This document shows, piece after piece, positions 61,481-64,000 of a stretch of DNA of 64,000 nucleotides. The notes under the pieces were generated by a model. It was not told the DNA's origin. It did not search any database and saw only the letters and a program-made list of their open reading frames with translations. Made by a program: the position numbers and the translations under genes. Position 1 is the stretch's first letter; each line of letters starts with the position of its first letter. This DNA comes from Ylistrum balloti (Eukaryota): assembly GCF_031769215.1 (NCBI RefSeq), contig NW_026781968.1, forward strand, positions 620,001-684,000, in the 5' to 3' direction.

Positions 61481-61605
61481 AAAAAAGAAAGGGAGAAAAA
61501 AGGAAAAAGAAAGGAAAAAAGAATGATGTAGAAGTAAAGAAAGAATGGAAGGAAAAATAAAAAAGAAAGAAAAGGGGAAAAAGGGAAGGAAAAAGAAAGA
61601 AAGCA
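61450..61605. repeat. polypurine (GAAA)n-type low-complexity tract in intron 1 of cytokine-like gene 2
   Basis: About 150 bp almost entirely A/G on the plus strand, including a run of GAAA units. Confidence 0.9.
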
Positions 61606-61863
61606 TTTCATTTAATTGTTCGCTGTAGCCTAACGTATAGCTGGCATTGTGGTTGAAATCTCATGAAGATCCGGAGGCTAATAAATATTAACACTAAGGA
61701 TGCAAATAGGTGCTATAAGTTCACTTTAGTTAGGATACATATCATTGATTAGATAAAATCAATATATAAACTTATAAATTAAAAAAGAAACATCTAGATC
61801 GATTATTCCGGTAATTATTAATCGAGATCATAAACGGTATTGATTGTACGTTTAAATACTTAC

Positions 61864-62075
61864 GTTTGCGTTACACTTTTGTGCTCTTCACTTGTTCAAC
61901 TTCTGAAGTATCGGACCGGGGAGAAAATGATAACCAAAAATCCGCCGACACAAAGTTTTTATACTTAAAGTTCAAAGATTAAGATTCGCGTGTCCGTCAT
62001 TTCCGCCGATAACCACAACTTCCCGTTGTTTAACGGTTGGCCAATCAGAACTCGATCTCTTGAATGAAAGTTTCC
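61864..62075 (-). promoter_or_regulatory. putative non-coding first exon and promoter of cytokine-like gene 2
   Basis: Strong donor AAAC|gtaagt at 61864; minus-strand TATAAAA at 61963-61957; CCAAT at 62041-62045; weak kappaB-like GGAAACTTTC at 62075-62066. Confidence 0.5.
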
Positions 62076-64000
62076 TTCCATCCCTGCCACACCAATGATT
62101 AGATAATTATGTTGCTTTTTTTATCTTTTCATTGTCTGTGTTAAACACTTCAATGCATACAGTAAACTATTACTCAAAAAGTAAGGGTACATATCAGTCG
62201 GCTTATACAATATTATTTTTATATGTGATGCAGTTTATGTAATTTTAAAATTAAGCACGCATTCCTGATTTCGCATACCTGCTGTTCTTACACAGGTGAA
62301 CATAACTTACATATTATAATCAGATTTCTTATGGAAACTAAACAACTATGTATAAAGTTAAACGGATCTGTTCTATATAGCTTTATAACAGTGATGTATG
62401 TTCAAAGAATATTAGAATATCAACATGGAAATTTGAACTGGATAAATTAGTAAAAACAAAAAAACACTGAAAGGAATAAATCCTAAGCCAGGCCGAATGA
62501 CGTAATGACTGATAGCGTGTATTGCTACACAGTCAATACACATCGGCTATTTATACGCTGTGTTCGTGATAACTTTTTACCCCTTTATCACAAAAACAGT
62601 AAACACATATTGGTATATTAAATGTACAAGGTGGATTTATGTTTATCACCGTCTTCCTAAGTGACCGACTGTATAACTGCTGATGTCATTCCGCTTCTTA
62701 ATGGGGCTACAACACAGCTCACATCATTTATAGCATTGTAAGGAGCAGATTAGTATGTCACAGTGTCGAAGTGGTGTCCCATATTTAAAAAAAACCCAGT
62801 TTTATCTGCCAAGTTTCGAAAATGACTTTTTTCTAGGGTGACTTACACGTGGTTGATAATCAATGGTGATTATGCTATATGATTTCTGATGAATTTTAAA
62901 TGGCGGCCAGTAAGGGTTTAAAGGGACATCTCACCACTCTATTTTATGTCGAGAACGCGAAAATACGATGTCGAGTTCGAGACCATGACACGCGACCGGA
63001 AGACAAGAGTTGCTTACACGTCATTGTGTTTAAACTCCAGTCCCGTTTCACTCCTTACTCAATCAAAAACAGTATGAACAAAGCAAGTCCATTAAGTGCA
63101 TAATGCTGATGTGCATTCATTTCCGAAAAAGAGAGATTTAAACATCTATGAATGCGATTTCAATTCAACACCCAGCTTGAAATTTAAAAAATTCAATAAG
63201 ACATTTAACGATATAACTTTTCTACACAATAACTGAAAATAAAGTTTTGTATTTCAATTTCAAAGTCCTGCCATTTTAAGTTTCACTGTACTTTTGTGAG
63301 GACTTTGTTTAAATTGTAAACGCTTTTAACACTCGATAAATCTGATGATGGTATTCATCATTAATACTTGAAATAACCATGTAAACCTGTACCTAAAAAT
63401 TAAATCACCGAAATCTGGTATCCTAAAACGTCACTGATGGTGTGGTTTACAGAGTCACAGCACTACCTCACCATCACGGATGACTTGTGTCGCTGATTAC
63501 GTACACCGTTGGTAAATCAGTCTTTATTTATGGATGAGCGCTTATGTGTGTTCTCTGACGAGGATTTAGTGATCTTAAAAAGAGAGATTAAAATTACCGT
63601 TTCTCTAAAATGAAGGCACTGTTAGCTTCAAAGACGGATCAAAATTATTTCATATAAACATTTTTCAAACTGAATGTTTTCCTATAGTGATACGTGTTTC
63701 GTTGGTTAACCCCTATAGAACATAAATCGGGGATGTCTTTTTCTTTTCTAGTGTTACTTTTCTATTTGATAAGAAAGACACCCATATCTTTATTTCGTGG
63801 TACTGTAAGGTAGAGTAACCATGCTTTTGTACGGGGCTCTAAATAAACATATAATATACATACCGGAATCCTTTATGTTCCCTTAATTATAACACAGCGA
63901 GTAACATAAATCAGCTTATCTGATCGGATGCAGCCGTCCTTTCAGCATCGTTACTTTTGAAGATACTTGAACTATTTTTGTGAGTAATTTAAGAATTTCC

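Noticed and set aside
61376-61611. Phe/Leu-rich N-terminus of ORF 60893-61606 and the overlapping ORFs 61303-61560 and 61390-61611
   Set aside because: These are translations of the purine microsatellite. The real coding start follows the acceptor at 61375 (ATG 61369).
62897-63103. ORF MAASKGLKGH.. with a YY1-like AAATGGCGGC
   Set aside because: There is no splice or homology support. TTAAAGGGACA resembles a transposon terminus, but I could not find the matching other end, so neither call is supported.

Overview
AT-rich, intron-rich animal DNA, most likely a mollusc or bivalve (inferred from repeat types only). I assembled six spliced protein genes by hand. (1) The N-terminal 10 exons (352 codons) of exocyst subunit EXOC4/Sec8 on the minus strand, running off the left edge. 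(2) Head-to-head with it, a divergent iRhom-like rhomboid pseudoprotease (about 950 aa) that lacks both catalytic residues and the iRhom GPx proline. (3) and (6) Two convergently oriented secreted proteins (31.7-33.8 kb plus; 59.2-61.4 kb minus) with the helix pattern, motifs and phase-0 exon layout of long-chain class I (IL-6/LIF/Unpaired-like) helical cytokines. (4) and (5) Between them, a pair of small secreted paralogues that share an identically sized 214-nt exon but have opposite tails (Lys/Arg-rich versus Met/Gly-rich). Repeats include a 2.2-kb 29-bp minisatellite, a 33-bp double-hairpin array inside a nested duplicated unit, an internally deleted Tc1 element, an eroded LINE, SINE fragments and a 161-bp foldback MITE. 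No CRISPR array, rRNA or intact tRNA was found. All homology statements come from remembered sequences and manual alignment, not from database searches.
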